From assembly GCA_963824495.1 (NCBI GenBank), contig CAWGPQ010000008.1:1-64000 (forward strand): 64,000 nt of DNA, read 5' to 3'. Positions 50,807 to 62,600 of this stretch are shown here, one piece after another. Position 1 is the stretch's first letter. Each line of letters opens with the position of its first letter. The stretch is from an uncultured bacterium. GTDB lineage: Bacteria > Babelota > Babeliae > Babelales > Babelaceae. Position numbers and translations under genes: made by a program. A model generated the notes under the pieces. That model was not told the DNA's origin. It saw only the letters and a list, made by a program, of their open reading frames with translations, and did not search any database.

Positions 50807-51934
50807 CTATGAGCTTAGAGGTAAGCGTACGCACCAAAGCCCCATAAAATTCTGCTCAATATACCCATCACAATGCAAGGCAAATAAGCGCTCATGCAAT
50901 TGATCCACGGGTAACCCAGTGGCCTCAAGCAGCTCATCAAATGCCTTTGGCATGCGACAAGCTTCGATAACCGGATCACTAATTTGTTCACTAATGTGTT
51001 CACCAAGCCGAACAGGTTTTTTTGAACTCTTGCTGAGCACATCCAGAGATTTGCCCAAAGCAGCAAGGATATCGTTAGCATGGGTAACAATAAGTGCACC
51101 TTGACTTATAAGCTTGTGACACCCACCGCTAAGCTCATCATGAATAGAGCCAGGTACCGCACCAACTTCACGACCTTGCTCAAGAGCATAATACGCCGTG
51201 ATAAGGGCTCCGCTTTCAAGCGCTGCTTGTGTTACAATGCACGCTGAACTTAATCCCGCAATAATACGATTTCGTGCAGGAAAATTTCCCGGCAAAGCCC
51301 CCATGCTCAGGGGAAAACAGCTCATTACGGTTCCATTATGCTCACGTAGCGCTTGAAATAATGGCTTGTTGGAGGCCGGATAGGGCCTGAGTAATCCTGA
51401 GCCAATAACAGCAAGACTGCTACCACGAGCTTCAAGCGTCACCGTATGCGCCATGCTATCTGCACCAAGGGCACCACCACTAACAGTGCCATATCCCTGA
51501 TTAACAAGTTCGGGAATGAGATACTTAAGTACCGAATAGCTATACTGTGTTGCCTTGCGTGATCCTACAAAAGCTATCGCATGGGTATAGAAAGCCGGTG
51601 GTCGGCCCTGCCAGTATACTACAGATGGCGGAAGGTGAATTGCGGCAAGATTGTGGGGGTAATCCTCGTCATAGATAGTTGTCCACTGAACAGCATACTG
51701 CTCAATAAGCTCAAGCTCTTGCTCAAGAAGTGAACGATCGGCCAGCCCTTTAACAATACGATCAGCAGCATCGCGTGATACTGAACATTGAACATGCAGA
51801 TCATGTGCATGTACCCGATAGAGGTGCTCTATATCACGTAAGGACAAAGACTGGACAAGTCGCTCAATAGTTCCCGGTCCGATAGAGGGGATAAGCGACA
51901 AATGAAGAATCGTATGCTTATGCGACAACCTCAA
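50807..51934 (-). CDS. dprA: DNA-processing protein DprA
   Basis: AFVGSRKAT, VSGGALGADS, FPARNRIIAGLS, SGALITA. Confidence 0.95.
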   Translation of the reverse strand: MRLSHKHTILHLSLIPSIGPGTIERLVQSLSLRDIEHLYRVHAHDLHVQCSVSRDAADRIVKGLADRSLLEQELELIEQYAVQWTTIYDEDYPHNLAAIHLPPSVVYWQGRPPAFYTHAIAFVGSRKATQYSYSVLKYLIPELVNQGYGTVSGGALGADSMAHTVTLEARGSSLAVIGSGLLRPYPASNKPLFQALREHNGTVMSCFPLSMGALPGNFPARNRIIAGLSSACIVTQAALESGALITAYYALEQGREVGAVPGSIHDELSGGCHKLISQGALIVTHANDILAALGKSLDVLSKSSKKPVRLGEHISEQISDPVIEACRMPKAFDELLEATGLPVDQLHERLFALHCDGYIEQNFMGLWCVRLPLSS

Positions 51935-54470
51935 TATCCTTCTTATTGTCAGACTTATTGTCAGACTTATTGTCAGGCTTATTGTCAGGATCGCTCAAAA
52001 CGTTACATGATTGAAGCTCTTGTTGTCCATCAACTGCTACAACCGCTGCTAGTTGTTGATCCGGATCAAGTCGAATTAATCGTACTCCTTGAGCTTGACG
52101 GCCCATAGTACGTATCTCTTTTGGCGAAAGACGAATAATCTTACCTGACACATCAATGAGAAGAATACTCGACTCATTAGTAACAATAGCTAAACCGATA
52201 ACTTTGCCATTACGCTTTGTTGTTGGAATCGTTCGAACACCGTAACCACCGCGGTGGGCAACCCTAAAATCACCAACGCGTACACGTTTGCCATAGCCAT
52301 ATTGTGTAGCAAATAAGATATCTTTATTGTCATCAGCAACAACCTCCATACCAACAACGTAATCATTATCTTTAAGGCGAATACCAATAACGCCAGCTGC
52401 TTGTCGGCCCATAGCACGTACTTCATTCTCATCAAAACGTATGCCTTGACCTTCTGCTGTAGCAATAACGATAGAGCCATTACCTGAGCTAAGTGAACAA
52501 AATACTAATTGATCATCATCATGTACTGTAAGCGCCCTAATCCCCGTTACACGAATGTTTGAAAATGCTGTAGCTTCTGTACGCTTTATAATGCCCTTGC
52601 GCGTAAGCATGACGAGATAGCTACCCTCTAGGTCATGTGTACAGAGAAGCTTTACAACATGCTCATCTGGATGTAACGTAAGCAAATTAACAACAGCGCG
52701 GCCTTTAGCGGTCCGTGATGCTTCAGGAACTTCAAATACCTGAAGGCTATAGACACGTCCAAGATTGGTAAAAAATAAGAGCTCATCATGAGTACGTGCT
52801 GCAAAAATATCTTGCATAACGTCATCACTTTGCTCAAGGTCAGCCGTGCCCATTTTACCCTTGCCACCCCTGTGTTGCACATTATAGACAGCCAATGGCA
52901 CACGCTTAATGTACCCTTTACGTGTAAGAGTGACGACTACTTCCTCATCGGGTATTAGATCAGCTTCACTGAGAATATCTAAAGGACCTTCAATGCGAGT
53001 TCTACGACTATCTGCATAGTGCTCTCTAATAAAAAGCAGTTCTTTTACAATTTCTTGCTGAAGCTTACTACGATCATCAATAAGCGAGTGCAAGAAAGTA
53101 AGCGTATTTTTCAGCTCTTCAAGTTCAGCATGAATTTTATCCTGTTCAAGACCTGTCAAGCGATGCAAGCGCATATCAAGAATAGCACGACCTTGTTCTG
53201 GGGAAAGCAAAAATCGCTTATTAAGTCTTATAATTGCTTCTTCAGCTGAATCGGAGTCTTTAATAAGTGCAACAACGTCATCAATATTACGCAAGCCAAT
53301 AATAAATCCCGCAAGAATGTGCTCGCGCGCTTGGGCCTTCTTAATATCAAACTGCGTGCGCTTGAGAATAATATCTTCACGATGCATCAAAAATTCTCGT
53401 ATCATATGGCGCAACGTAAATATAAGTGGTCTATTATCAAGTAACGCAAGCATCAGCATATTCACTGTTGATTGCAGCTGTGTAAATTTATAGAGCTGAT
53501 TAAGAATAACATGGGGGTTCTCCCCACGGCGTATATCAATAACAAGCCGCATGCCCCTTTTATCAGATTCATCACGAATATTGGTAATACCATCAATAGT
53601 TTTATCTTTAACTAAATCGGCAATTTTAATAATCAGATCGGCTTTAATAACTTGATATGGCAATTCTGTGATAATAAGCGATGTGCCCTTTTTAGTTTCC
53701 TCGATATCAACAACACCACGCAGCACGAGGCTACCGCGTCCTGTAGTATACGCACGTAAAATTCCAGCTCGTCCACAAATAATACCACCGGTAGGAAAAT
53801 CTGGACCCGGAACCAACGCAAACAATTCCTCATCCGAAAGATCGGGATCTTTAAGCAGTGCCAAACAGGCGTCAACAATCTCCGTAAGATTATGCGGAGG
53901 TATCGCTGTCGCCATACCCACGGCAATACCGGATGTACCATTAATAAGTAATTGGGGTAACCTGCTTGGCAAAATTACCGGCTCAACGGTTGATTCGTCA
54001 AAATTAGGAACAAAAGGAACGGTTTCTTTATCAAGATCAGCCAAAATTTCTTGGGCAATCCTCTGCATACGTACTTCGGTATACCTCATAGCGGCAGCGG
54101 TATCTCCATCAAGTGATCCCCAGTTTCCCTGACCATCAAGTAATGGATAACGTCGAGAGAAATCTTGAACCATGCCCACCATGGTGTTATACACTGCTTG
54201 GTCACCATGAGGATGATACTTACCGAGAACTTCACCAACTACACGAACCGATTTGTGATATGGCTTGTTATAGTGAAACCCAAGCTGGTGCATGGTATAG
54301 AGAACACGACGATGTACCGGCTTAAGTCCATCACGCACATTCGGTAGCGCCCTGCTGACCACAACGGACATAGCATAATCAAGAAAAGCAGTTTTAAGCT
54401 CGTCTTCAATAAGTATCGGCTGGGAAATCCTATCAAGCGCTGTATCGTTGGGAGTTGCAGTTGAATCCAT
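51918..54470 (-). CDS. gyrA: DNA gyrase subunit A
   Basis: [22 protein letters not shown], GyrA box QHRGGKG. Confidence 0.97.
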   Translation of the reverse strand: MDSTATPNDTALDRISQPILIEDELKTAFLDYAMSVVVSRALPNVRDGLKPVHRRVLYTMHQLGFHYNKPYHKSVRVVGEVLGKYHPHGDQAVYNTMVGMVQDFSRRYPLLDGQGNWGSLDGDTAAAMRYTEVRMQRIAQEILADLDKETVPFVPNFDESTVEPVILPSRLPQLLINGTSGIAVGMATAIPPHNLTEIVDACLALLKDPDLSDEELFALVPGPDFPTGGIICGRAGILRAYTTGRGSLVLRGVVDIEETKKGTSLIITELPYQVIKADLIIKIADLVKDKTIDGITNIRDESDKRGMRLVIDIRRGENPHVILNQLYKFTQLQSTVNMLMLALLDNRPLIFTLRHMIREFLMHREDIILKRTQFDIKKAQAREHILAGFIIGLRNIDDVVALIKDSDSAEEAIIRLNKRFLLSPEQGRAILDMRLHRLTGLEQDKIHAELEELKNTLTFLHSLIDDRSKLQQEIVKELLFIREHYADSRRTRIEGPLDILSEADLIPDEEVVVTLTRKGYIKRVPLAVYNVQHRGGKGKMGTADLEQSDDVMQDIFAARTHDELLFFTNLGRVYSLQVFEVPEASRTAKGRAVVNLLTLHPDEHVVKLLCTHDLEGSYLVMLTRKGIIKRTEATAFSNIRVTGIRALTVHDDDQLVFCSLSSGNGSIVIATAEGQGIRFDENEVRAMGRQAAGVIGIRLKDNDYVVGMEVVADDNKDILFATQYGYGKRVRVGDFRVAHRGGYGVRTIPTTKRNGKVIGLAIVTNESSILLIDVSGKIIRLSPKEIRTMGRQAQGVRLIRLDPDQQLAAVVAVDGQQELQSCNVLSDPDNKPDNKSDNKSDNKKDIEVVA
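51942..51989. repeat. 12-bp tandem repeat x4 in the gyrA tail (DNKP/DNKS)
   Basis: CTTATTGTCAGA/G x4. Confidence 0.9.
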
Positions 54471-54981
54471 GAAGCAAGCCTTTCGTCACTGGAAAGCTGA
54501 AATTATTCTATCTTAGAAGTTTAGCATAATATGAGTATTTAAACAAACGAGATATAAGCACTTTGGGGGGTTTTTACAGGTATTAACTCAAGCTTAATCT
54601 CTTTCTAATTAGTATAGCAATTCTATAAATTATTTCAAGGTAGAAAATTTAATTAAGCAACATGCAGCACCCTGTCATCTCACAGTTTTGCTAAACAATA
54701 TTATTGCAAATTGAATATTAAATTTGATATTCTAAGATCATGCTCTTGGTATGAGCATTTTAAGTATACCGCATTCACCCGTATAACCATGATTGTAAAA
54801 GTGAATTAACAAAAAATTCAGGGCCTCAAGGATCAATTACTATGAAATATGACAAGGCTAGCAGGGTTTCCTTCCATAACACCAAGCGATTCCCAAAAAT
54901 ATTGCTGCATATATGGCGTGAAATTACGAGGTGTAAAGCTACAGGTGTAAAAGAAATTAATAAAATTTTAATGAGAAACTA

Positions 54982-55614
54982 ATGATGAGAAATATGACTT
55001 TGGCAATAGAGACTATAGCTCTTATGGGTTCTATACAGTACTGTAGTGCTTATACTTGGAACATACTAAATCTCACGGGTAAGCCCGCAAGGGTTAAGAT
55101 TAAGCTCGCCTGCCTTGGAAAAGGTCCTGAAAACAACAACGTTCCGCCTGCAACAACAAGCAAAGAAGGTTTGGACACCGAAAAGTACGACAAGACTGAT
55201 AGGACTCCATTATCCGGAAAAGCAGGGTGCTGTATCAGTGGTATTGAAGTAAATGGAAAAGATGTTACATTACGTGCTCTTTCAAAGCAACAAGCCACCG
55301 CAGTGCTCATTGGAGCGCTCAGTTCGGCAGGAGCTGCCATGAGTGTAAGTGCCGGCGCAACAATAGCAGCCACTCTTATTGGTGCTGCTGCACCCCTTCA
55401 AACAGGAATAATAACCGCAGCTGGAGCTACTATTGAAGTACCGCCTGTTGCAATAGGGATTGCGTTAGCCGGATTAGGGTTAGCGCTCGCAATACCAGCT
55501 ATAACCGAAGGCGTGGCAAGATGCAAGAGCCGTGATCTAATAGTTGCACAAGATGGCGCCTTTCTTGTTATAGAGCCCGACGAGGAACCGGAGGAGATAG
55601 CCCACCAGGTATGA
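54982..55614 (+). CDS. Secreted protein with a long Ala/Gly-rich hydrophobic insert
   Basis: Signal peptide ending CSA; Cys residues flank a ~75-aa hydrophobic stretch; acidic tail. Confidence 0.75.
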   Translation: MMRNMTLAIETIALMGSIQYCSAYTWNILNLTGKPARVKIKLACLGKGPENNNVPPATTSKEGLDTEKYDKTDRTPLSGKAGCCISGIEVNGKDVTLRALSKQQATAVLIGALSSAGAAMSVSAGATIAATLIGAAAPLQTGIITAAGATIEVPPVAIGIALAGLGLALAIPAITEGVARCKSRDLIVAQDGAFLVIEPDEEPEEIAHQV

Positions 55615-55934
55615 GCAAAACTCGTCAGTTTTTCAGCAAAACGAGAAGCTGATTATAAAATAGTAGGTAGATAGTCCCAAGAAATTTAGTACGTAAAAGA
55701 AGATGATCTGGGTTGAAATTTGAGCACGCTGCTTTTTTTAAATTGCTTTTTAGTTGCAATTAGGAGAGTGATGTGCTCATAAAGAATAGAACACTGAGAT
55801 GACCAGATAGTCTTTGGTTGGCTACTATCTTAAACTCACAACTTTATTATTGCAATTTGTAAATGTTATATGATACCATCAAACTAGCGATGTGCTCGAA
55901 TATTGTTCACTTAGGATAAAAAGGAGGCTGAAAT

Positions 55935-56168
55935 ATGAAAGGCTTTTATAGAATATCTTTTTTAATATCTTTTTTTATGATGGTTAGTGGCTATGTTTTC
56001 TTACCCACTCAGGTATGTGCTCGAGCATTGCTAAAAAGCGTTGAGGCCGATACCAAAAAGGCTGAAAAAGGGATTGAGACTGGAGCAAAAACCGCTGGTA
56101 GGGAAATTGAGGCAGGGGCTGAGGGGGTTGCACAAGCTTACGGTACTGCAGCCCAAGCTACAGAATAA
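55935..56168 (+). CDS. Small secreted protein with 11-aa amphipathic repeats
   Basis: RBS AAGGAGG; signal peptide; VEADTKKAEKG-IETGAKTAGRE-IEAGAEGVAQA. Confidence 0.75.
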   Translation: MKGFYRISFLISFFMMVSGYVFLPTQVCARALLKSVEADTKKAEKGIETGAKTAGREIEAGAEGVAQAYGTAAQATE

Positions 56169-56300
56169 GCACTGAGCTGAAATAATCTCGCAATCGTGCC
56201 CATTTTACTCTTTGTTGTTGTGTATTGAGCTATGACATGATAAGGTTTGCAAGAAAACAACTCTCTGCTATAAAGCACCCAGAACTAATAAGGACCTGGA

Positions 56301-57698
56301 ATGGACCGTGATAAAATATATATTTTAGATACTAATGTACTTCTTCATGACCCACTTTCTATTTTCAGCTTTGAAAATGAGCAGATAGGAATACCTATCA
56401 CCGTACTTGAAGAACTGGATCATTTTAAAGTAGAGCAAACCTTACGTGGCCGTAACGCACGTGAAGTTATACGCTCGCTTGATGTACTGCGTGAGCGTGG
56501 ATCACTTGCTGCTGGCGTAATGCTCGATAATGGCAGTTTATTACAAGTGCTTTTTCCTGATTATCAAGCAGAATTACCTGCTCCTCTGTCTAAAAGTCAG
56601 CCTGATAATCAAATCCTTTTGACTGCTTTATTTATGAAGCAAAAAGGGCTTGACGTCCAACTCATCTCTAAAGATCTTAATATGCGCGTTAAAGCTGATG
56701 TTATCGGCATTACTGCAGCTGATTATTTAAAAGATAGCGTTGACCGTTACGAGTTCTATAAAGGTTGGCTTAAAGTCCAAGTACCGTCAGTACAACTCAA
56801 ACGAGACGTGCCCGATGTCTTGACCAGCATGAGTAAAGAATACCAATTTACTGTTAATGAGTTTGTTATTGTCGAAAGTCAGCATAATCCCTATAATTAC
56901 CGCCTCTTTCGCTATGAAGGGAATAATCAATTTTTACCGGTTAACAAGCCTGACTTAAAGTGGCCAATCGAGCCACGTAACGTCCAGCAGCTCATGACGC
57001 TTGATCTGTTACTCGACAGTTCTATCCAATTAGTAACGCTCATGGGACCAGCAGGTACCGGCAAAACATTTATGACCTTGATCGCTGCTTTACACGAAAC
57101 CCTTGTCCGCGAGGATTACGAAAAAATCCTTATTACACGTCCGGTTATACCCTTAGGTCCTGATATTGGCTATTTACCTGGCGATATTCAAGAGAAACTG
57201 CATAGCTGGATGCAGCCTATTTATGATAATATGGAGCTGATTATTCATGCTGCTAATATTTCACCAAAATCACTTGGTGTATATCGTGAAGAGCCTGAAG
57301 AAAAACCAGAGCGTAAGGGCAAATACCGTAATGGCCGCAAACTTCAACGAGAGAAAAATCTCCCCACGCTTGATGAGTTAATACGCCGTGGTAAAATTAG
57401 CCTTGAAGCTATTACCTATATGCGTGGCCGCTCAATACCTTATCAGTATATCTTTATAGATGAAGTGCAAAATCTTACTCCCCATGAAGTAAAAACTCTT
57501 ATTAGCCGTGTTGGCGAGGGCAGTAAGATTATCCTTGCAGGTGACCCCTATCAGATAGATTCACCCTATTTAGATTTCAGCAGTAACGGGCTGGTTGTTG
57601 CAAGCCAACGCTTTAAGGGACAAAAGCTTTTTGGCACAGTATTCTTAGAAACAAGCGAACGTAGCGAATTGAGCAAACTTGCAGGAAAACTACTCTAG
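56301..57698 (+). CDS. PIN-PhoH (PhoH2) protein
   Basis: ILDTNVLLHDP PIN domain; GPAGTGKT, GYLPGD, YMRGRS, DEVQNL. Confidence 0.95.
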   Translation: MDRDKIYILDTNVLLHDPLSIFSFENEQIGIPITVLEELDHFKVEQTLRGRNAREVIRSLDVLRERGSLAAGVMLDNGSLLQVLFPDYQAELPAPLSKSQPDNQILLTALFMKQKGLDVQLISKDLNMRVKADVIGITAADYLKDSVDRYEFYKGWLKVQVPSVQLKRDVPDVLTSMSKEYQFTVNEFVIVESQHNPYNYRLFRYEGNNQFLPVNKPDLKWPIEPRNVQQLMTLDLLLDSSIQLVTLMGPAGTGKTFMTLIAALHETLVREDYEKILITRPVIPLGPDIGYLPGDIQEKLHSWMQPIYDNMELIIHAANISPKSLGVYREEPEEKPERKGKYRNGRKLQREKNLPTLDELIRRGKISLEAITYMRGRSIPYQYIFIDEVQNLTPHEVKTLISRVGEGSKIILAGDPYQIDSPYLDFSSNGLVVASQRFKGQKLFGTVFLETSERSELSKLAGKLL

Positions 57699-57727
57699 AA
57701 ATGCATAAGCAAAATCTACCAACAATA

Positions 57728-59140
57728 CTAACCTGCAGTACCCCCAGGTGCCCCAACGTATTGGGCAACTAAAACAGCAATCTGAGAAGGAAGCAGTACA
57801 GCTGTTGGAGCCCATTCAAATTGTCCTTGGCCACCTGCTCTTGATATTCTAGCAAATACAGCTTGACCTAAATATTGCGAAAGGAGATGCGCGACTTCAG
57901 GATGATTATTTTGAGTTGCAAGGGTGCATGCTAATGCACGTTGACGATTGAAAAGATTAGTCCGTGCGTTATAATTGAGTAGAGTCTGAACAGCATCTAG
58001 ATGTCCAGCACGTGCTGCAAAATGTAATGGTGTGTCACCGTTGTTATTTATCGTATTAATATTAGCACGGCGAGCAAGTAACGCTGTTAAAATACTATTA
58101 TTGCCATTGCGCGCTGCGTAGTGTAACGGTGTATTGCCATCTTGATCACGAACATTAACCTCGCGTTCAAGCAGCTCATTAACTGTTTGTCCATCATTAC
58201 GAGCGGCTGCCCACTGTAATGCTGTCATGCCAAAACCATCTTGGAGGTTTAAAATATGACTTGGCTGAGGACCTTCATATTTAGCCTTCTTAGTTGGCCG
58301 TTCTTCAAGAATGCTTGTAATAGCATCTCGGTTGCCCGTTATAATTGCTATAGCCAACGGTGAAAGATTTTTTTGTAATAACTTCAGAATACAATCACTC
58401 TTTTGCCCTGGCACACGAGCATTATTGAGTAAAAGCAGCTTAATTATATCCAAACTTTCATTTCTAGCTGCCCATGAAAGTGCAGTATTGCCATTTTTAT
58501 CGGCATGGTTAACATCAGCGCCAGCTCCTATAAGCAATCTAACTATATCTATACGGTCCTCCCGAACTGAGTAAAACTCACTACACCCAATTGCGTGCAT
58601 AAGGGCAGTAGTACCCTTATGATCAGCACTATTAACATTTGAACCACATCGTACAAGTAGCTCAATCATATCCATTTCCCCGTGAAGTAGCAACGCTTCA
58701 GCTGCCAGTGTAAGAGCAGTATCGCCCTTATTATCAGCACGATTAACTTCAGCACCAGCCTCTATAAGCATTCTAGCTACCTCTATGTGCCCAAAGGAAG
58801 CTGCCCCCATAAGAACAGTGAAGCCACGATTATCGATATGATTAACATCAGCACCACGCGCTATAAGCACTCTAACTATTTCTTCATGTCCCCCATCAGA
58901 TGCATATATAAGAGCAGTCTCGCCACTATCATCCGGGTAATTAACATCGGCACCTTGAGCAAGTGCTTCTGCTACAGCTTGCGTATCTCCTGCGTATGCT
59001 GCCTCAAGCAACTGCTCATTAGGTTGGAGTTGACCTTGTTCTTCATCTTGCTCTTGATCGGGAAAATGCATGCTCATAAGCTGATTTGGGCATAACAGAA
59101 CAATACTAAAACTTGCCAATGCCAGGATATACTTTTTCAT
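57728..59140 (-). CDS. Secreted ankyrin repeat protein with F-box-like tail
   Basis: Signal peptide, two ankyrin blocks, tail LLPSQIAVLVAQY; paralog of 24386. Confidence 0.92.
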   Translation of the reverse strand: MKKYILALASFSIVLLCPNQLMSMHFPDQEQDEEQGQLQPNEQLLEAAYAGDTQAVAEALAQGADVNYPDDSGETALIYASDGGHEEIVRVLIARGADVNHIDNRGFTVLMGAASFGHIEVARMLIEAGAEVNRADNKGDTALTLAAEALLLHGEMDMIELLVRCGSNVNSADHKGTTALMHAIGCSEFYSVREDRIDIVRLLIGAGADVNHADKNGNTALSWAARNESLDIIKLLLLNNARVPGQKSDCILKLLQKNLSPLAIAIITGNRDAITSILEERPTKKAKYEGPQPSHILNLQDGFGMTALQWAAARNDGQTVNELLEREVNVRDQDGNTPLHYAARNGNNSILTALLARRANINTINNNGDTPLHFAARAGHLDAVQTLLNYNARTNLFNRQRALACTLATQNNHPEVAHLLSQYLGQAVFARISRAGGQGQFEWAPTAVLLPSQIAVLVAQYVGAPGGTAG

Positions 59141-59351
59141 GCCATGTCTTTCTTAAGCTCTATCTTTATCTTAAATAACAATTTGCTATCATGGATTTTA
59201 GCCTAGGCTGTGTTTCTTGTCAAATGAGCTAAAATCAAAGGATATAAACAAAAGTGTTGGCAACGTTGACGAGGTTTAGATAGCGAAAATAGAATTAACA
59301 ATAGCAAATACATTAAACTCAAATAGCAACACTTTTAATGAGGTACGGGAT

Positions 59352-59618
59352 ATGGTACCTATCTTTCTATGGCCCCATACCCCAATTCCTCATGCAGAAA
59401 CAAAAGCACAGCTTCTCACACGTGTAGAAAAATTTTTAAAGGATACTGCCCAGCAACAAAAAGGCAAAATAGTTATTATCGTAACTCATGGTGGTGTGAT
59501 TAAAACTTTGATTACTCATTATACAGAAACAGCCGAATCCCCCCAAATTGCTGCGTTGCTGAATTTCACTGTTGCCATAGCAGTGATTCTCTTTCGTTTA
59601 AGGGAATCAAGCGAATAA
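59352..59618 (+). pseudogene. C-terminal fragment of a histidine phosphatase family protein
   Basis: AETKAQLLTRV...IIVTHGGVIK; RHG motif absent. Confidence 0.7.
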
Positions 59619-59645
59619 CAAGTTAGAAAAAAGAGATTTTTATGC

Positions 59646-62600
59646 CTAGAGCTCTAGGCGCATTGTCAGCGCATAGCGCTCAACTGCTTGCACAAGCTCA
59701 GGTGTAAACGCTATCTTAGTGCGTGACGATAGTTTCAGCTTTTTGTTATGCTCAGAAAAGAGCAAGAAGAACGAACTTGGACCACCTTTAAGAGCATTTT
59801 TAATATCATGTAATGCCTGGTCTGTAATAGTTTCAGGCAGCTGAAGCGATATCGATGCTATTCCTCTGCCCTCCCGTATTACATGATCAATGGGTATAAG
59901 CTCTTGTGCTTTAATTTTACAAAGAGCAGCCGACTCTGGATCTACGAAGCCTTTAATAAGAAAAATCGTGTGCTCATCGAGCAATGTGCCGAGTGAGCTC
60001 AATACTTTAGGAAAAATTATAACTTCTGCCTTGCTTGTGCTATCTTCAATGGCCATAAAAGCCATTTTATCACCTTTTTTTGTCGTAATTATTTTAGACT
60101 GCTTGACAATACCACAACAAATAACTAATCCAGTAACCGATGCTGCTTCACGTAAAGATGTTATGTTGAGCCAAGCAAAATACCGGGTATACGTATCAAG
60201 TGGTTGTTCGCTAATATACAAGCCAATTACCTCCTTCTCTTTTTCAAGCCTAAGATTAGGCGGCCATTCTGCTCGTTCTGCAAAATAATATCGTTCTTCA
60301 GGTTGTTTTCCATCAGATTCTTGTGATAGTTCAAACAGTCCCATTTGGCCAGTAAGAGCTGCTCGTTTTTTTTCAAGAGCTCTATCCATAATCTTAGAAA
60401 GCTCGTCATGCTTTTGTGCCCGGTTACCTGGAAGCTGATCAAGTGCTCCAGCGTAAATCAAACTCTCAATAACACGCTTATTACAGGTACGTAAATCTAC
60501 ACGACTACAAAAGCCAAGCAGATCAGTAAAAACCCCATTTTTTTCACGTTCTTGTAATATATCATCAAGTGCGGCAGTACCCACGTTTTTGATACCGTGT
60601 AGACCAAAGCGGAGATTACCATTAACAACGCTAAATATTACATCGGAAAGGTTAATATCGGGTGGAAGCACCGTAAGCCGCATATCTTTGGCTTCTTTAA
60701 TATAGAAGGCCATCTTCTCAGCATCCGCTGCTTCAAGCGAAATTAAACACGCCATAAATTCAGCAGGATAGTTTGCTTTAAGATACGCTGTCTGATAGGC
60801 AATTAAGGCATAAGCAGCAGAATGTGACTTATTAAAGCCATAGCCGGCAAAATATGCCATAAGATCAAACAGCTCTCCTGCTTTTTTTTCATTAAAATTA
60901 CGCGTACATGCTCGCTCGACAAAAAGTGCTTTTTGTTCTGCCATTACATCAGCTTTTTTCTTGCCCATTGCGCGACGCAAAATATCGGATTCTCCTAGGC
61001 TATAGCCTGCTATAAGCGATGCGATTTTCATAACCTGCTCTTGGTATACGATAACACCATAGGTCTCTTGCAAGACACTTTCAAGCTCTGGTAAAAGATA
61101 CGAAATTTTTTGCCGACCATGTCGCCGTTCAATAAAATCATCGACCATCCCTGATCCAAGTGGTCCTGGTCGATACAGTGCGTTAACAGCAATAATATCT
61201 TCAAATGTCGATGGTTGTAATCTGCGTAAAACTTCTTTTAACCCATCAGATTCTAATTGAAAGACACCCGATGTATCGCCTCTACCCAAGAGTGCAAATG
61301 TTATAGCGTCATCGAGAGGCAACATTGTTATATCAATCACTACTCCATGATTCTTTGCCATGAGATCAACACTACGCTGAATCAGTGTTAAATTCTTCAG
61401 CCCCAAGAAATCCATCTTAAGAAAGCCTAGGCTTTCAAGCTCTGTCATGGCGTATTGAGTAACCAAATCAGTAGATTTAGGGGGAACATATACAGGAAGC
61501 ATATCGCTAATAGGCTCGGGAGAAATTACAATACCAGCTGCATGTTTAGATGCATGACGGGTAATTCCTTCAAGCCTGAGTGCCAAATCAAATAATTTAC
61601 CCACTTGAGGGTTATTGGTAATAAGCTCTTTTAATTTTGGTTCTTGCTCAAGAGCTTCTTTAAGAGTAATTTTAAGCTGATCAGGAATCAAATCAGTTAG
61701 GGCATTTGAGTCTTCAAAAGGAAATCCCAAAACCCGCGCAACATCTTTAATGACGCCTTTAGCCATCATCGTACCAAAGGTAATAATTTGGCAGACTTTA
61801 TCGTGACCATAGCGTTGACGTACATACTGTATTACTTTATCGCGACCTTCAATGCAAAAATCAATATCAATATCAGGCATGCTGATACGTTCAGGATTTA
61901 AGAACCGCTCAAAAAGCAAATTGTACTTAAGTGGATCAATATCCGTTATCTGTAACGCCCATGCAACTAATGACCCTGCTGCTGAGCCTCTACCCGGACC
62001 TACAGGTATCCGGTTATTCCGTGCCCATTGAATAAAGTCACCAACTACTAAAAAGTATCCAATAAACCCCATCTTGATAATAAGTTCTATTTCAAGCTTT
62101 AACCGATCTCTATAACTGTGCTCAAGCTTGCTATCAATACGACCAGCTTGTAGAAGCTTATCTAAACCCTGCTGACAAAGCTCAGCAAAATAGCTCTCGT
62201 GAGTACAGCCCTGAGGTATATCAAATTGGGGAAAAAAAAGCTTGCCAGTCTCAAACTGAAAGTTACATCTATCGGCAATTTCACCACTTGTCCATACAGC
62301 ATCAGGGTGATCTTTAAATATTTCGAGCATTTCTTCTGCTGTTCTGATATGCACACGGCAGTTACCAAATGTAAAACGATCTGGATCGGTGAGCTTGTGA
62401 TGCGTCTGAATTGACAGCATAACCTCATGAGCTTCGCGATCTTCAGGGTTAACATAGTGAGAGTCACCGGTAGCAACACACTTAATATTCTTGTGCTCGC
62501 TTAGAGCAAAAAGTTTTTCGTTTAATATTTTTTGATCAGCTTGATCGGGCGGCTGTACTTCAAGATAAAATCTTTCGCGACCAAATACCCGTAAATACCA

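Noticed and set aside
55935..57698. PhoAT-PhoH2 toxin-antitoxin pair
   Set aside because: The upstream small protein has a signal peptide and sits 132 bp away, unlike a cytoplasmic antitoxin
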